Below, one piece after another: positions 27,220-37,419 of a stretch of 64,000 nt of DNA. The position numbers were made by a program, and so were the translations under genes. Position 1 is the stretch's first letter, and every line of letters starts with the position of its first letter. Origin of the DNA: a virus (Duplodnaviria > Caudoviricetes); IMG/VR virus record IMGVR_UViG_2894657497_000001, positions 25,820 to 89,819 of that record; one strand, written 5' to 3'. Under the pieces are notes generated by a model. That model saw nothing but the letters and a program-made list of their open reading frames with translations, ran no database searches and was not told the DNA's origin.

Positions 27220-29559
27220 ATGGGACTCAGTATAGACCTTAAGGTGAATGGAACCGAGAAGGTTCTGGAAGCAACCAAGGCGGTCGGTGGCTTCAAAACA
27301 GAGATGGAAAAAGCGGAATCTCACACCGACATAAAAATGAATGTGCCTGGACTCGGTGATTCAAAAAACCTGAATGGTATGCGGTCCGCAAATGAGTTGG
27401 CAAAATCATACAGAAAAGAAATGGATGCGTCGCGGCGTGCCGTTGCCGAAATGGCCAAAGACTATGACAAGCTCATAAAACTACCGAAGCCGTACAACAG
27501 ATCCGATATCGAAGGATTGCACAAGACTTCTCCTAAAGCGCAATATTATGCCCGTGCAGCAGAAATAAACAAAAGCGACAACACGCCCGCTCAAAAGAGG
27601 CAAACAGCAGCAGAACAATACTACGCGAAGCACGGAGACTATGGGCAGGTAGCACCCGGGCGGAGAGAAAACGGAACAGACGATCCTAATGGGGGTAGTT
27701 CGGCGTTCAAGAAAGCGCTCGGGTGGTCGCTGGCGGCAGTCGGTGGATTCAGTATATTGGGGTTTCTGGCACAATCGAGGGCAAAGTATCAGCAGTCGGT
27801 GGGGCATGAAGCTACGTTGGGAGCAAGAGGCATCAAAGACGGCTTTGAGGACGGCGCCGGCCTTGGCATGGATTCGTTGGAATACATGGGGCTCATGGAG
27901 CATGTCAGTCAATCTGCGGGGATGAGCGGTGACAGAGCTAAAGGAGCCACAAGGCTGTCGGCAGCATTCGGCAGAGCCTACGGTGTAGATCCAAGCATGG
28001 CAGCAGGGATGTACGGGACCATGTACCAGGCGACCGGCAATGCCAATATGGGTGTCGGTGCCATAGCCACGATGGAACAAGCTGTCAAAAAAGGTATGGA
28101 CAAGGCCCGCATGTCCGAACTCATGAACATGGTAGCCAGGAACACCAACATCACCGCGACAGCCATGCATGGAGCCGGAGCGAGCGACGCACAGGCAGGT
28201 ACGGCAGCAGCCTTGGCAAGCGCTGTGATGGCGCTCAAAGACGGGACAAGCTATAAGCAATATGCCAAGTCGTCCGAGTTTATGAACGTGGCGCAGAACG
28301 GATTTAAAAGCGCTGGAACCGCCCCCGGGGAAATCTTGTTATGGAAGGCTTTGGGAGGGTTTAACGGTGAGCTCACAGAAGACAAATTGTATGACATTGA
28401 AAAGGCAAGAGAAGAAGGCCCGATCATGCATCCTGACGCGCTCCATAATATAATTAAGGACGTAGGTGTAGGGACGACTAAAAAAGGGCAATCTGTAAGA
28501 CTCAAAAAATTAATTGAAACCTGGGGGCTGACCACACAAAGCGCAGATGCTCTTATAAAACTCGATGATTCCGGTATTTTAACAGAGGCGGCCCGTAGTG
28601 GGAAAGATCTTAAACACCTGAAGACAGGAACTAAGAGAGAGAGAGAGATGGCGGCCAGAATGGAAGCCGCATACGGGACGCTGCCCGGCGCCGACAAATT
28701 AAACCGGATGGCGAGAACCAGCAACTTAGAAGTCAAAACAGGGGAGATTGTAGATAGGATCGTTGCCCCCATACAGGAAGCGATACTGAAAGCAGCCGAA
28801 ACGGTTATGAATCGCCCAGAATTCAAAAAAATGATAGGCATGACCGATAGCCTGTTTAACTTTGGGACCACAGCCCCATCCCCGTCAGAAATGAAAACTA
28901 CTGTGGCAGATAAAATGTTTATCAATACTCACGGGTACAGAGAGATGATAACCGATGCAGCGAGAAGGCGCGGCATCGACCCAGCAGAAGCTATTGCGCT
29001 TGCCGCCACAGAAAATCCTAAATTTGACCCTATGGCAATATCACCCAATGGACAGGGTGTAGGACTATTCCAAGATAACCCCAAATACCATGGCACTGTA
29101 AAACAGTTGCAAGACCCATTCAGGAATACAGCAATAGGGCTTAAAATATTGGCAGATGCGAAAAAAAAATACCCCAACGATCCCGAAAAAGCATTGTTGG
29201 CATATAGCGGTCACCTTGATTCTAATGGAAATCCGCTCCCAGGATCTCGCGCATATTTAAAAAGGTATAGAAATAACTTGTATCGAGAAAAAACTGCATC
29301 ATTGTTTTTGGGGGGCGAGCAGATGACAACGTCGCTCACGAATATCGACCCAGAGAAAGTACCAAGTGATAGTTATTTGGAAAAAACAAATGGGGGTAAA
29401 GGGATCAATCAGAAAGCAATTGGCATGTCGCAAACTGAGGGCGCAGTTATGTTGCAAGGGACTGACAAATTAATAACGGCAATAGAAACGTTAACAAATG
29501 CTTTGGGCGAGAAAAAGAGATATCTAGGAGCCCAAAAGTTAAATATAGGGACAAACTAA
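27220..29559 (+). CDS. Tape measure protein with C-terminal lytic transglycosylase domain
   Basis: Ala/Gly-rich helical body; AARRRGIDP...ATEN..FDP.A.S...G.GLFQ...ALLAY. Confidence 0.8.
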   Translation: MGLSIDLKVNGTEKVLEATKAVGGFKTEMEKAESHTDIKMNVPGLGDSKNLNGMRSANELAKSYRKEMDASRRAVAEMAKDYDKLIKLPKPYNRSDIEGLHKTSPKAQYYARAAEINKSDNTPAQKRQTAAEQYYAKHGDYGQVAPGRRENGTDDPNGGSSAFKKALGWSLAAVGGFSILGFLAQSRAKYQQSVGHEATLGARGIKDGFEDGAGLGMDSLEYMGLMEHVSQSAGMSGDRAKGATRLSAAFGRAYGVDPSMAAGMYGTMYQATGNANMGVGAIATMEQAVKKGMDKARMSELMNMVARNTNITATAMHGAGASDAQAGTAAALASAVMALKDGTSYKQYAKSSEFMNVAQNGFKSAGTAPGEILLWKALGGFNGELTEDKLYDIEKAREEGPIMHPDALHNIIKDVGVGTTKKGQSVRLKKLIETWGLTTQSADALIKLDDSGILTEAARSGKDLKHLKTGTKREREMAARMEAAYGTLPGADKLNRMARTSNLEVKTGEIVDRIVAPIQEAILKAAETVMNRPEFKKMIGMTDSLFNFGTTAPSPSEMKTTVADKMFINTHGYREMITDAARRRGIDPAEAIALAATENPKFDPMAISPNGQGVGLFQDNPKYHGTVKQLQDPFRNTAIGLKILADAKKKYPNDPEKALLAYSGHLDSNGNPLPGSRAYLKRYRNNLYREKTASLFLGGEQMTTSLTNIDPEKVPSDSYLEKTNGGKGINQKAIGMSQTEGAVMLQGTDKLITAIETLTNALGEKKRYLGAQKLNIGTN

Positions 29560-29584
29560 AGATACCAGCATGCGACCATTGGGA

Positions 29585-29938
29585 TTATTTCATGGCCGCA
29601 TGTCTTTTTATTGATTTATACATGCCATTGCCAATAGCAGCATCCTGCAGAACAATAGCAGGAGCACCATTTAACCTAATAAACACGTCGCCAGAGTCTT
29701 CGTGAAACACATACGTGGTCTCGGCGCAATTTACATTGAGTGTTTTTTTGGCTAATTTAGCCACACACCTCATGCCGCCTTCGTACCAAAAATAAGTGCC
29801 TCTCGCGCTAGTAGATTTAACAGAATAAAGAGTACCGTCTTCGGAAACAGTTTCAAAGATAGTGTCTTTACTCACTATGTCACCGCCACTTGCCGCAATT
29901 GGGTATAACAACATAAATGCGATTAAAAACCATTTCAT
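29585..29938 (-). CDS. Exported hypothetical protein (moron-like)
   Basis: Signal peptide MKWFLIAFMLLYPIAASG; GGAGG RBS; low GC. Confidence 0.6.
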   Translation of the reverse strand: MKWFLIAFMLLYPIAASGGDIVSKDTIFETVSEDGTLYSVKSTSARGTYFWYEGGMRCVAKLAKKTLNVNCAETTYVFHEDSGDVFIRLNGAPAIVLQDAAIGNGMYKSIKRHAAMK

Positions 29939-30023
29939 AATAGCCTCCAAGTGGGGGGAGTGACAACCACTCCCCCCTTATAACACCAGACATTTGATCA
30001 TGCAAGGGTGACAGCCACTGGAA

Positions 30024-30755
30024 TCACGCCTTTTTGCCTGCGCTCTTGGCCGCATTAACCACATAATCAGGCATTTGCGACAGCGTGATATTTTTGGCAA
30101 AGGCGCATGCCTCGTCATACCGAATGGTGGGGATCGCCGTATAGGACGACACCTGAAACTGCCGCTTCAACAGATTCCAGATGCCAGGAAACAGGAGCGG
30201 GCACCGGACGCCATAAATCTCGTGAAGCTCCTGAACCTTCTCCGTGACGATGTTTTTTAGCTCATATGCCTGCCACTGGTGCAAGCGGACCGTGTCCAGC
30301 ATCTTCGTAACCGAAGCCTCCACGGTATCGACCCGGCTATTCATCTGCGACATGGCGTCGAAGGTCAGCTTGAGAAGCTGCATGGGATCCGTGGGGAGCG
30401 CCGGCATCGAGTATGCCCGGTTTTTGCGTAGCTGCGGAAGAACCTCGTCCATCACCCACCGTTCAAAGCGTTCCGCAGACGGCAGCTTGGAACGAACGAT
30501 CAGCCGGTACATATCCCCCTCCGGAATAACAGTGATCCCGCGGGGGCTGTCCGTCAAAGGTAACGATTCGTTACCTTTTAACAATTTGGCATACTTGCAG
30601 TGGTCGGAAATTGCTTTCTGGGGGTTGGTGTACCCCAGGACCACGGCCAAATCCTTGGCGACAAACCATGCCTCGTCGGCCAGAGTTACAGCACGGATAG
30701 CTTGAGAATCGAAACTGAAAACCGCCTGCACATTATTTGCTGCCTGATTTTCCAT
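30024..30755 (-). CDS. BRO-N antirepressor-like protein (ORF6C-like C-terminus)
   Basis: WFVAKDL..VLGY.N...AI..HC...EGDMYRLI.RSKLPSAERFE.WV..EVLP. Confidence 0.9.
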   Translation of the reverse strand: MENQAANNVQAVFSFDSQAIRAVTLADEAWFVAKDLAVVLGYTNPQKAISDHCKYAKLLKGNESLPLTDSPRGITVIPEGDMYRLIVRSKLPSAERFERWVMDEVLPQLRKNRAYSMPALPTDPMQLLKLTFDAMSQMNSRVDTVEASVTKMLDTVRLHQWQAYELKNIVTEKVQELHEIYGVRCPLLFPGIWNLLKRQFQVSSYTAIPTIRYDEACAFAKNITLSQMPDYVVNAAKSAGKKA

Positions 30756-30948
30756 ATCTCACCTCGTTTTTTTTGATGTGGCCACCATTCGGTGCGCCAA
30801 ATGCTCGGACCTCGACAGGGACCAGAAGCCGCCCCGCCAGAATGATATCGCCACAACGCGCATTACAATGCTCAATCGGCAAAGCTCTCGCCGGTTATGC
30901 GTAAGATAACGCGCTTTCGCCCCGCCTGAATGGTATTCCCACCAAACT

Positions 30949-30978
30949 GTTTGATATGCGCTACAGATTTGCTACCAT
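30949..30978 (+). promoter_or_regulatory. Promoter overlapped by the 17-bp motif
   Basis: TTGATA(30951)-16 bp-TACCAT(30973) with extended TG. Confidence 0.65.
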
Positions 30979-31005
30979 GAAGGCATCACGAGAGAAGGTT
31001 CAAAC

Positions 31006-31503
31006 ATGGGATTGCTCGATACCATAACCAACATCGCCAGCGCGGTGGTCAATACCCCGAACGTCACCGGCAACAACATCGTGCTTAAAATTGGCGGCGT
31101 AGCGGTGGGCATGGCCCAGAACGTCACCATAACCACGGAAAACGATATGCAGCGGCTGTATGGCGTCGGAGATCTCGAAGCGCAGGACATGGTGCCCGGC
31201 AACATAAAGTACACGTTCAGTGGCGAGATACTGCTGGTCAGCAATAAGGCATTGGACCAGATAACGGTCAAAAAAGAATCTGCAATGCCAGGGTATCCAA
31301 AGACCGCAACGAGCCTGGTCCCCATCACCGGGAGCCAGTGGATAACAGACGGTTTTTTTGACATTGAGGTACTCGACAAACTCCGAAAAGAAACTATCGG
31401 ATATTACGCACATTGCCAGTTTGAGCGCTATTCGTTGCGCATCGGAAAACATGCCATCGTCGTTTCCGAATTTTCCATAGCAGGAATGCAGAGATTTCTG
31501 TGA
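31006..31503 (+). CDS. Second tube-like protein (tube initiator)
   Basis: Paralogous to 25979-26386: TGNNIVLKIGG..VG.AQNV...GVGDLE. Confidence 0.75.
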   Translation: MGLLDTITNIASAVVNTPNVTGNNIVLKIGGVAVGMAQNVTITTENDMQRLYGVGDLEAQDMVPGNIKYTFSGEILLVSNKALDQITVKKESAMPGYPKTATSLVPITGSQWITDGFFDIEVLDKLRKETIGYYAHCQFERYSLRIGKHAIVVSEFSIAGMQRFL

Positions 31504-32912
31504 AGCCATACTTTCAAACATATTCGCCCCGCTGCCGGGTGTTGATTTATGACCTGCTCGCAGGAGGCCAGGCGCAGGCCGATCTATCCAACGATATCCT
31601 GAGCATCGCCACCAACAAGGCGTATGGCCGGGCTGCCGGGACATGGCAAATCATGTTGCCGTACAAACAAGTGAAGTCATGGAAAAGCAAAGACGGCGGC
31701 GCCATGAAATACTATCACGAGATTCTGGAACCAGACGACATGATCACCATCGAACTGGATGCCGGGGATGGCAAGGGCATGCAGCCGGTTATGCTGGGGC
31801 TGGTAGACCGGCCTTCTCTGGTCCGCCAGGGAGATGTGCATCCAGTCCGCCAGGTAAAAGTGAGCGGCCAGGACGTCGGCAAGCTGCTCGCCAAGCACGA
31901 TATTGGGTGGGACATTTCGGCGGCGCAGATACAAAAAAGCAACCAATCGCTGGGGCGGGCTGCATTCGTTGACCAGACGGACGACGGAAAGCAAGGAGTC
32001 AAAGACTACATCAAAAGCTATATGGCCCGCGTCGTGCTGCAAACCGGGACGGCGGCGAGCCAGTTTGAGCAATTGGCGCTGTTATTCCTGAACCAACTGA
32101 ACAACCGCGTCGTCAAAAACATGGACTTCAAAACCGATACCGACGACACCTGGATGGTGTGGGATCCGAGCATCATGTTCATCAAGAACACCACCGTCTG
32201 GGACGCCATGTCGCGCCTGTCCCACCGTCCATACAACATGCTGAACGCCGACACCAGCGTGAGCGACGTGGGGAAATTCGAGGTAATCCTGGAACGGAAC
32301 CCCATCACGACATTCGGCGAGACAGACCGGAGCCAGGCGGGCGTGGACCTGCACCTGGTAGACGATACGGAGATCATCAACGACGACCTGGGCGTGAGCG
32401 ATGCAGAGAGGATCAACCTGCTGTGCTACTGGCCAACGCTTTACAAATACGCCGTGTCCGAATGTATCGATATCGTCATGTCGAACAGCGAATTGACCAA
32501 ATTCGATGCGGATAGCATCGCCCTCCATGGTTACTGCAGCAAGATCATAGACGACGTCTTCGTGCCGGTGAACGTTACCGACCCCATGTCCGATAGCGCA
32601 GCCAATCAGAAAATTGCGTGGGCACCATCACAGGAACGGGCGACGCTGTTCTGGAACTGGTATCAGGAAAATCACACCTACGAATCCGGGACCATCCTGA
32701 CGCACCTGCGCCCCGAGATCCGGGCCGGGCATTGTCTGGTGGTGCGCCAGGGCAACACCAGCAACTTCAAGGAGTACCTGGTGGAACAGGTATCGCATCA
32801 ATACAACGTCAACCCGATGCCGCAGTTCACCACGGCGTACCAGGTGACACGCGGCCAGGATGCTGCGGAAATCAAAAAGTCCAATCTCACGACAGGGGGA
32901 ATAATGCAGTGA
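31500..32912 (+). CDS. Baseplate hub protein
   Basis: AG.W.I.L, V.VSGQD..KLL, EIRAG...YLVEQVSH...TRG. Confidence 0.75.
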   Translation: MKPYFQTYSPRCRVLIYDLLAGGQAQADLSNDILSIATNKAYGRAAGTWQIMLPYKQVKSWKSKDGGAMKYYHEILEPDDMITIELDAGDGKGMQPVMLGLVDRPSLVRQGDVHPVRQVKVSGQDVGKLLAKHDIGWDISAAQIQKSNQSLGRAAFVDQTDDGKQGVKDYIKSYMARVVLQTGTAASQFEQLALLFLNQLNNRVVKNMDFKTDTDDTWMVWDPSIMFIKNTTVWDAMSRLSHRPYNMLNADTSVSDVGKFEVILERNPITTFGETDRSQAGVDLHLVDDTEIINDDLGVSDAERINLLCYWPTLYKYAVSECIDIVMSNSELTKFDADSIALHGYCSKIIDDVFVPVNVTDPMSDSAANQKIAWAPSQERATLFWNWYQENHTYESGTILTHLRPEIRAGHCLVVRQGNTSNFKEYLVEQVSHQYNVNPMPQFTTAYQVTRGQDAAEIKKSNLTTGGIMQ

Positions 32913-33595
32913 GTATGATGGATGAAACCGGGGCACGGCTGCAGGAGACGCTACGGACGCATCCTGCGTTCCAAGAGATAGCGAACGTCGACCGGCTGCT
33001 GCGCGGGACGATAATGCCCAACGGGGTACTGTTCAAAGACGACGCCAAAAACACCACCGGCATCACGCTTGTGAATGTGTCCTTGATGGGGGGATACCCA
33101 GATATTTATGGTGTCCCTGTAGCGCATACCAAAATCAATTATCAGACCGGAGAAGAGTGGTCGCCGGACCCTGGCGACGTGGTACTGGTGAGCTTCATAA
33201 ACGGAAACTTTTGGGAGCCCGTCGTAATAGGGTATCTACCCCTCCCCCAAAACCAGATCGAGGGCAAACGGAGTGACGTACCTGCAGGTAAGCGCCGCTA
33301 CCACTTCAAATGCAACAAGACCGACATCACCGTGGACAAGGACGGGAACCGAGACACCAGCGTCCAGGGACATGACAGCCTGACGATCCAGACCGGTGAC
33401 TATACCGTGAACGTCGTGGCCGGGAAATGCACCGTAAACGTCAAGGGCAAGACCGTATGGACTTCCGATGGCACCGTGGAGATTGACGGCTCCGGCAGCG
33501 GCGCGGTGGCCGGAGTTGTCCAGGGAGACTGCCTGTGCGCCTATACGGGGAAGAAACATCCTATGGTATCGTCAACAGTGAAAGTGAGTAAATAG
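32909..33595 (+). CDS. Baseplate spike (gpV-like)
   Basis: OB-fold P.PGDVVLVSFING...PVVIG, beta-repeat and C-terminal C...G..H tip. Confidence 0.8.
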   Translation: MSMMDETGARLQETLRTHPAFQEIANVDRLLRGTIMPNGVLFKDDAKNTTGITLVNVSLMGGYPDIYGVPVAHTKINYQTGEEWSPDPGDVVLVSFINGNFWEPVVIGYLPLPQNQIEGKRSDVPAGKRRYHFKCNKTDITVDKDGNRDTSVQGHDSLTIQTGDYTVNVVAGKCTVNVKGKTVWTSDGTVEIDGSGSGAVAGVVQGDCLCAYTGKKHPMVSSTVKVSK

Positions 33596-34903
33596 ATGCT
33601 GGGTCTATCTGGTGCTGATTTATTGACATCGAGAAAGACTGCTATGGATGCAGTCCCTCTAGTACAGTCTTCTGCAGAGAGTGATGCAACTGCTTACAGA
33701 CAGTCTGTATTGCTTGCAGACTGTAATGCGATAATCCAGTATCTTGAGACTACCCGGATAATGATAGGTAGTTCAGTTGATGATGGGGTAAATTTACTAC
33801 AGGTAAATGGTTCAGAAAAACTGAGTGGGAATCTGACCTTTGTTAGTGATCAGGTGGAACGGTTTATTTCATGCAGCGCAATGGGCGGGGCAATCCGGTT
33901 TAGGGGGAATTCCGGGGCTGCTACAGACCGTGGATTAATGTTTGGCATGATCAACAATGCTGGCACATGGGCTGAATATGCCAGGATACCCGCAGATAGT
34001 GGCAATCTGCTCATTGGCACCACCACTGATGATGGTGTGAACAAGTTGCAAGTAAATGGCGGTATATATGCAAATGGTAACATGGTGCTGTCTGGGGCAA
34101 CAAACAACCAGCTTATTACATTAAAACAGGCTGGACCATATACATGGTGGAACATAAACAATGTTGCAGGGGTATTTGGTGTTGCACCTTATGGTCAGGC
34201 TAATGTGCTGTCCCTTACTGCCCCTGGCAACGTACTCATAGGTACCACAACTGACGATGGTGTGAACAAGTTGCAGGTGGATGGTAGCCTATCAATCAGA
34301 GCATATCCGTACAGTACTTCATATGAGCGTCACTTTGACTGCTCTGATCATACGGGTACGAAACCCTCGCACCAGAACATGATTGCAATAGGCTCAACCT
34401 CATGGTGTGACAACGCATACATGCGGTTTGTTACACAGAATGTAGAAAGGATGCAAATTTCAGTTTCCGGCAATGTCCTCATAGGCACCAGTACCGACAA
34501 CGGCATGGGAAGGTTGCAGGTTGCTTCATCAAATATATCACTTTCTGACAGTTATTCCTTGGTTTGGGGTAACGCAGCTACTTACATATCTGGAAATTCT
34601 TCTAGTCCTATTCTAGGATTTACTGTTGGTGGTGCCGAGCGTGTGAGGATTGCCCCGTCTGGTAACGTCCTTGTTGGGACTTACGCAGACGATGGAGTGA
34701 ACAAGCTACAGGTCAATGGAAGTAGCTACATATACAGCAATCTAACAATAGGCGCAGGAAATATAAAGTGTAACCTCACCAATTCACAAGCACTATCTGC
34801 AACAAATGACTTCCAAATAACGGTAGTTTCCAACACACAGATTAAGTTTCAAATGCGTGGGTCTGATGGCTTAACGCGCAACTATACAATGACTTTGTCA
34901 TAA
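33596..34903 (+). CDS. Tail fibre/receptor-binding protein with five GN.LIGT.TDDGVNKLQV repeats
   Basis: Repeats visible in the protein; low GC. Confidence 0.75.
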   Translation: MLGLSGADLLTSRKTAMDAVPLVQSSAESDATAYRQSVLLADCNAIIQYLETTRIMIGSSVDDGVNLLQVNGSEKLSGNLTFVSDQVERFISCSAMGGAIRFRGNSGAATDRGLMFGMINNAGTWAEYARIPADSGNLLIGTTTDDGVNKLQVNGGIYANGNMVLSGATNNQLITLKQAGPYTWWNINNVAGVFGVAPYGQANVLSLTAPGNVLIGTTTDDGVNKLQVDGSLSIRAYPYSTSYERHFDCSDHTGTKPSHQNMIAIGSTSWCDNAYMRFVTQNVERMQISVSGNVLIGTSTDNGMGRLQVASSNISLSDSYSLVWGNAATYISGNSSSPILGFTVGGAERVRIAPSGNVLVGTYADDGVNKLQVNGSSYIYSNLTIGAGNIKCNLTNSQALSATNDFQITVVSNTQIKFQMRGSDGLTRNYTMTLS

Positions 34904-34912
34904 GGAGAAAAC

Positions 34913-35239
34913 ATGTCTACTACAACGAACTACAAAGAATCCCCTGTAACCGGGACACAGTGGCAACGTTCCTGTCGTACAGTGGTCGAGAATCCCTGCG
35001 GAGGAACGCCAAGCGTCCTCTTCGTGGAGGAAACGGCTACTCAACTTGGTGACAAGGTTATCACACAGCTCTGTGGCAACATTACAGCACCGTTCGATGC
35101 TGCCAAGACATTCCCAGCCTTGGACCCTTCTACCGGGCAGGCTACCGGAGCCAGCTACACGCACCAGGAAGTCTATAATATCCTATTCTCCCTCTACATG
35201 GCTGAAGCCGCGGCGAGAGACGCAGCAGCGGCAGTATAA
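34913..35239 (+). CDS. Fibre-associated chaperone-like protein
   Basis: AAGGAG RBS; directly after the fibre gene. Confidence 0.6.
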   Translation: MSTTTNYKESPVTGTQWQRSCRTVVENPCGGTPSVLFVEETATQLGDKVITQLCGNITAPFDAAKTFPALDPSTGQATGASYTHQEVYNILFSLYMAEAAARDAAAAV

Positions 35240-35257
35240 ACAGAAAGGAACATATCA

Positions 35258-35422
35258 ATGTCCAACCCATTGCTTCTCGAACTTACCGTCAACGAAACCA
35301 ACGCCGTGTTGTCCTGCCTCTCCGGATTGATCGAAAAAATCAAATCTCAGGCGGAGTCTCAGATCAAACTGGCCCCGGCCAGCAGCGATACCCCGGCAGA
35401 TCATTCGGAAGAACGCGCATAG
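35258..35422 (+). CDS. 54-aa hypothetical protein (not in the ORF track)
   Basis: AAAGGA RBS; MSNPLLLELTVNETNAVL...LIEKIKSQAE. Confidence 0.55.
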   Translation: MSNPLLLELTVNETNAVLSCLSGLIEKIKSQAESQIKLAPASSDTPADHSEERA

Positions 35423-35432
35423 AGGCTCAAAA

Positions 35433-37376
35433 ATGGCAAAGACCGTAGGAAATGGCGCAGGATCGTGGCTCGGCCCATGGTCTCCGACAGTGATCGACGC
35501 CGGGACGCAGCAATTACCGTTTCTGTTCGAGTGCTACAACAACAAGACCCAAAAACTCGAATGGAAGTTGCCCCTGTATATCAGCCCGGAGAATTACAGC
35601 GCGATATGGACGCCCCGGGCGACCCTGACGCTGACCCAGGCTGGTAGTCATGAAGACAAGATAGGGATAGCTCCGCCCAAATTCCGTGTGTCTGGTGTTT
35701 TCGGCCTGCAGCGGGGGGATAAGGTCAAAAGCGATGCATGGACTACCGGGCCGGCCCGGTACCGTACCATGGAGCAGAGCCTGCTCTCATTTTACGAGCG
35801 ATATGGGACATACCAACTCAACAGCGATCTTGCCAAAACGCCCCAGGTAGGCGAACTGGAACTGCGCTTCCTTAATTTCAGCGACCGTGAATATTGGATA
35901 ATCCAGGTTAACGTTTTCACGCTGACGAGAAACATCCAGCGGCCCCTGCTTTACCAATACGATATCCAGATGACGGGCATGCGGAGGTATGATGGCCAGG
36001 ATGGGGGGCGGGTCAAATCTCCGTACCAAAGTACCGACGTAATCAGCACCAGCGATTTCTCCGATTGCGCGGCGACCCTGAATACTTGGGGCTCCATCAT
36101 TACAACCATAGCAAATGGTTACGAGGCGGTCACCAGCACCATGACATCGCTGATAACCACCATGAATACGATAGCCACGGCGGTGTCCAATTTTGCCAAT
36201 GGGATAACCTCGCTTGTGAATCTTGCCGCTTCGGTAATTACCACGGCAATTTCTCTCGCAAAAACGGTGCTGGCAGCGGTGATTCAAATAGCAAACGCCC
36301 CCAGCGAACTGGTCAACGCCATACGGAACAGTCTGCGGTCTCTGTTTTCGTTGCAGAACAATTCGGGGCTGTTTCAGCAGAGCACGAGCAGCACCTCCAC
36401 CAGCACCTCGTCGAGCAGCACGAGCAGTGCCACGGAGATAATGACTGTCGACCTGCCGAGCACGGTATATGCTGACGGGACCGTCGTAAAGATGGGCATA
36501 CCGGAAGACACGATATTTTCCAGCACCATCGAGACGACGGCCCCGAAGGCGTCGAGCTATCGTTCGATCACCAACTCCGATACCATATACAGCATTGCGC
36601 AGGCCACAGGGGCCACCTGGAAGTCTATCGCCACGCTGAACAACATCGAGTACCCATATATCAGCGAGTCGACGGTGTCAGAGGAACTGGCCGCCACCTT
36701 GACGGCATACGCCATCCCTGCCGGGACCACCGTTCTCCCGATTGCTCTCTCCCCCACCCCGGTGCCCGGGAGCATCCTCCTATTTCCTGACGGATCCACC
36801 TCCACAGTAAACAGCGCTACCAGCAGCAGCATCACGCTTGATGACCCGCTCGAAAGCCCCCTGGAGGCAAACGCCAGGGTGTCGAACCACGCGAAGGAAC
36901 TGGCCGTACTCAAGCCGGGAGACAAAATACTCATACCGGGAGATAGCAGCACGACCTCTGGAGTGAGCACAACCAGCAAGACCGATCTGGAATCCAAGCT
37001 GTTCGGCATCGACGAGTATCTGGACGACGACGGCAACATAATAGCGTCCCAAGGCTCGGATATCACCGTGGCTGCGGGCATGACGAATTTGGAAATGCAA
37101 CTGCAACACCGCATCATGACCATGAAGGGGGAACTCACCGAATTGGGACACCCAGGGTATGGGTCGCTGGTGCCTGCCTACATCGGCGAGGTCAACACGG
37201 AGATCGAGCAGGAGCGCATCCTGCTCGAATGCATCAACACAATAAAATCCGACCCAAGGGTGCAGGACGTGACCAATGCGGTACTGAAGGAAAACGAGGA
37301 CGCATTCTATTTCGAGGGCACGGTGCAACCGATCAACAATCTGCCATCCACATTGGTCAGCATCCCATTGTCGTAG
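35433..37376 (+). CDS. Baseplate protein: LysM-like region fused to a gp25/gpW-like wedge domain
   Basis: DTIYSIA...W..IA.LN.I.YPYI; G..NL..QL..RI.T..GEL...HP.YGS...I.SDPRV. Confidence 0.75.
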   Translation: MAKTVGNGAGSWLGPWSPTVIDAGTQQLPFLFECYNNKTQKLEWKLPLYISPENYSAIWTPRATLTLTQAGSHEDKIGIAPPKFRVSGVFGLQRGDKVKSDAWTTGPARYRTMEQSLLSFYERYGTYQLNSDLAKTPQVGELELRFLNFSDREYWIIQVNVFTLTRNIQRPLLYQYDIQMTGMRRYDGQDGGRVKSPYQSTDVISTSDFSDCAATLNTWGSIITTIANGYEAVTSTMTSLITTMNTIATAVSNFANGITSLVNLAASVITTAISLAKTVLAAVIQIANAPSELVNAIRNSLRSLFSLQNNSGLFQQSTSSTSTSTSSSSTSSATEIMTVDLPSTVYADGTVVKMGIPEDTIFSSTIETTAPKASSYRSITNSDTIYSIAQATGATWKSIATLNNIEYPYISESTVSEELAATLTAYAIPAGTTVLPIALSPTPVPGSILLFPDGSTSTVNSATSSSITLDDPLESPLEANARVSNHAKELAVLKPGDKILIPGDSSTTSGVSTTSKTDLESKLFGIDEYLDDDGNIIASQGSDITVAAGMTNLEMQLQHRIMTMKGELTELGHPGYGSLVPAYIGEVNTEIEQERILLECINTIKSDPRVQDVTNAVLKENEDAFYFEGTVQPINNLPSTLVSIPLS

Positions 37377-37383
37377 GCAAACT

Positions 37384-37413
37384 GTTTGACATACGCTACA
37401 CGTTGGATACGAT
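37384..37413 (+). promoter_or_regulatory. Promoter overlapped by the 17-bp motif; leaderless transcript predicted
   Basis: TTGACA(37386)-16 bp-TACGAT(37408); ATG 37420 is 6 nt after the -10; no SD. Confidence 0.65.
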
Positions 37414-37419
37414 AAAATC

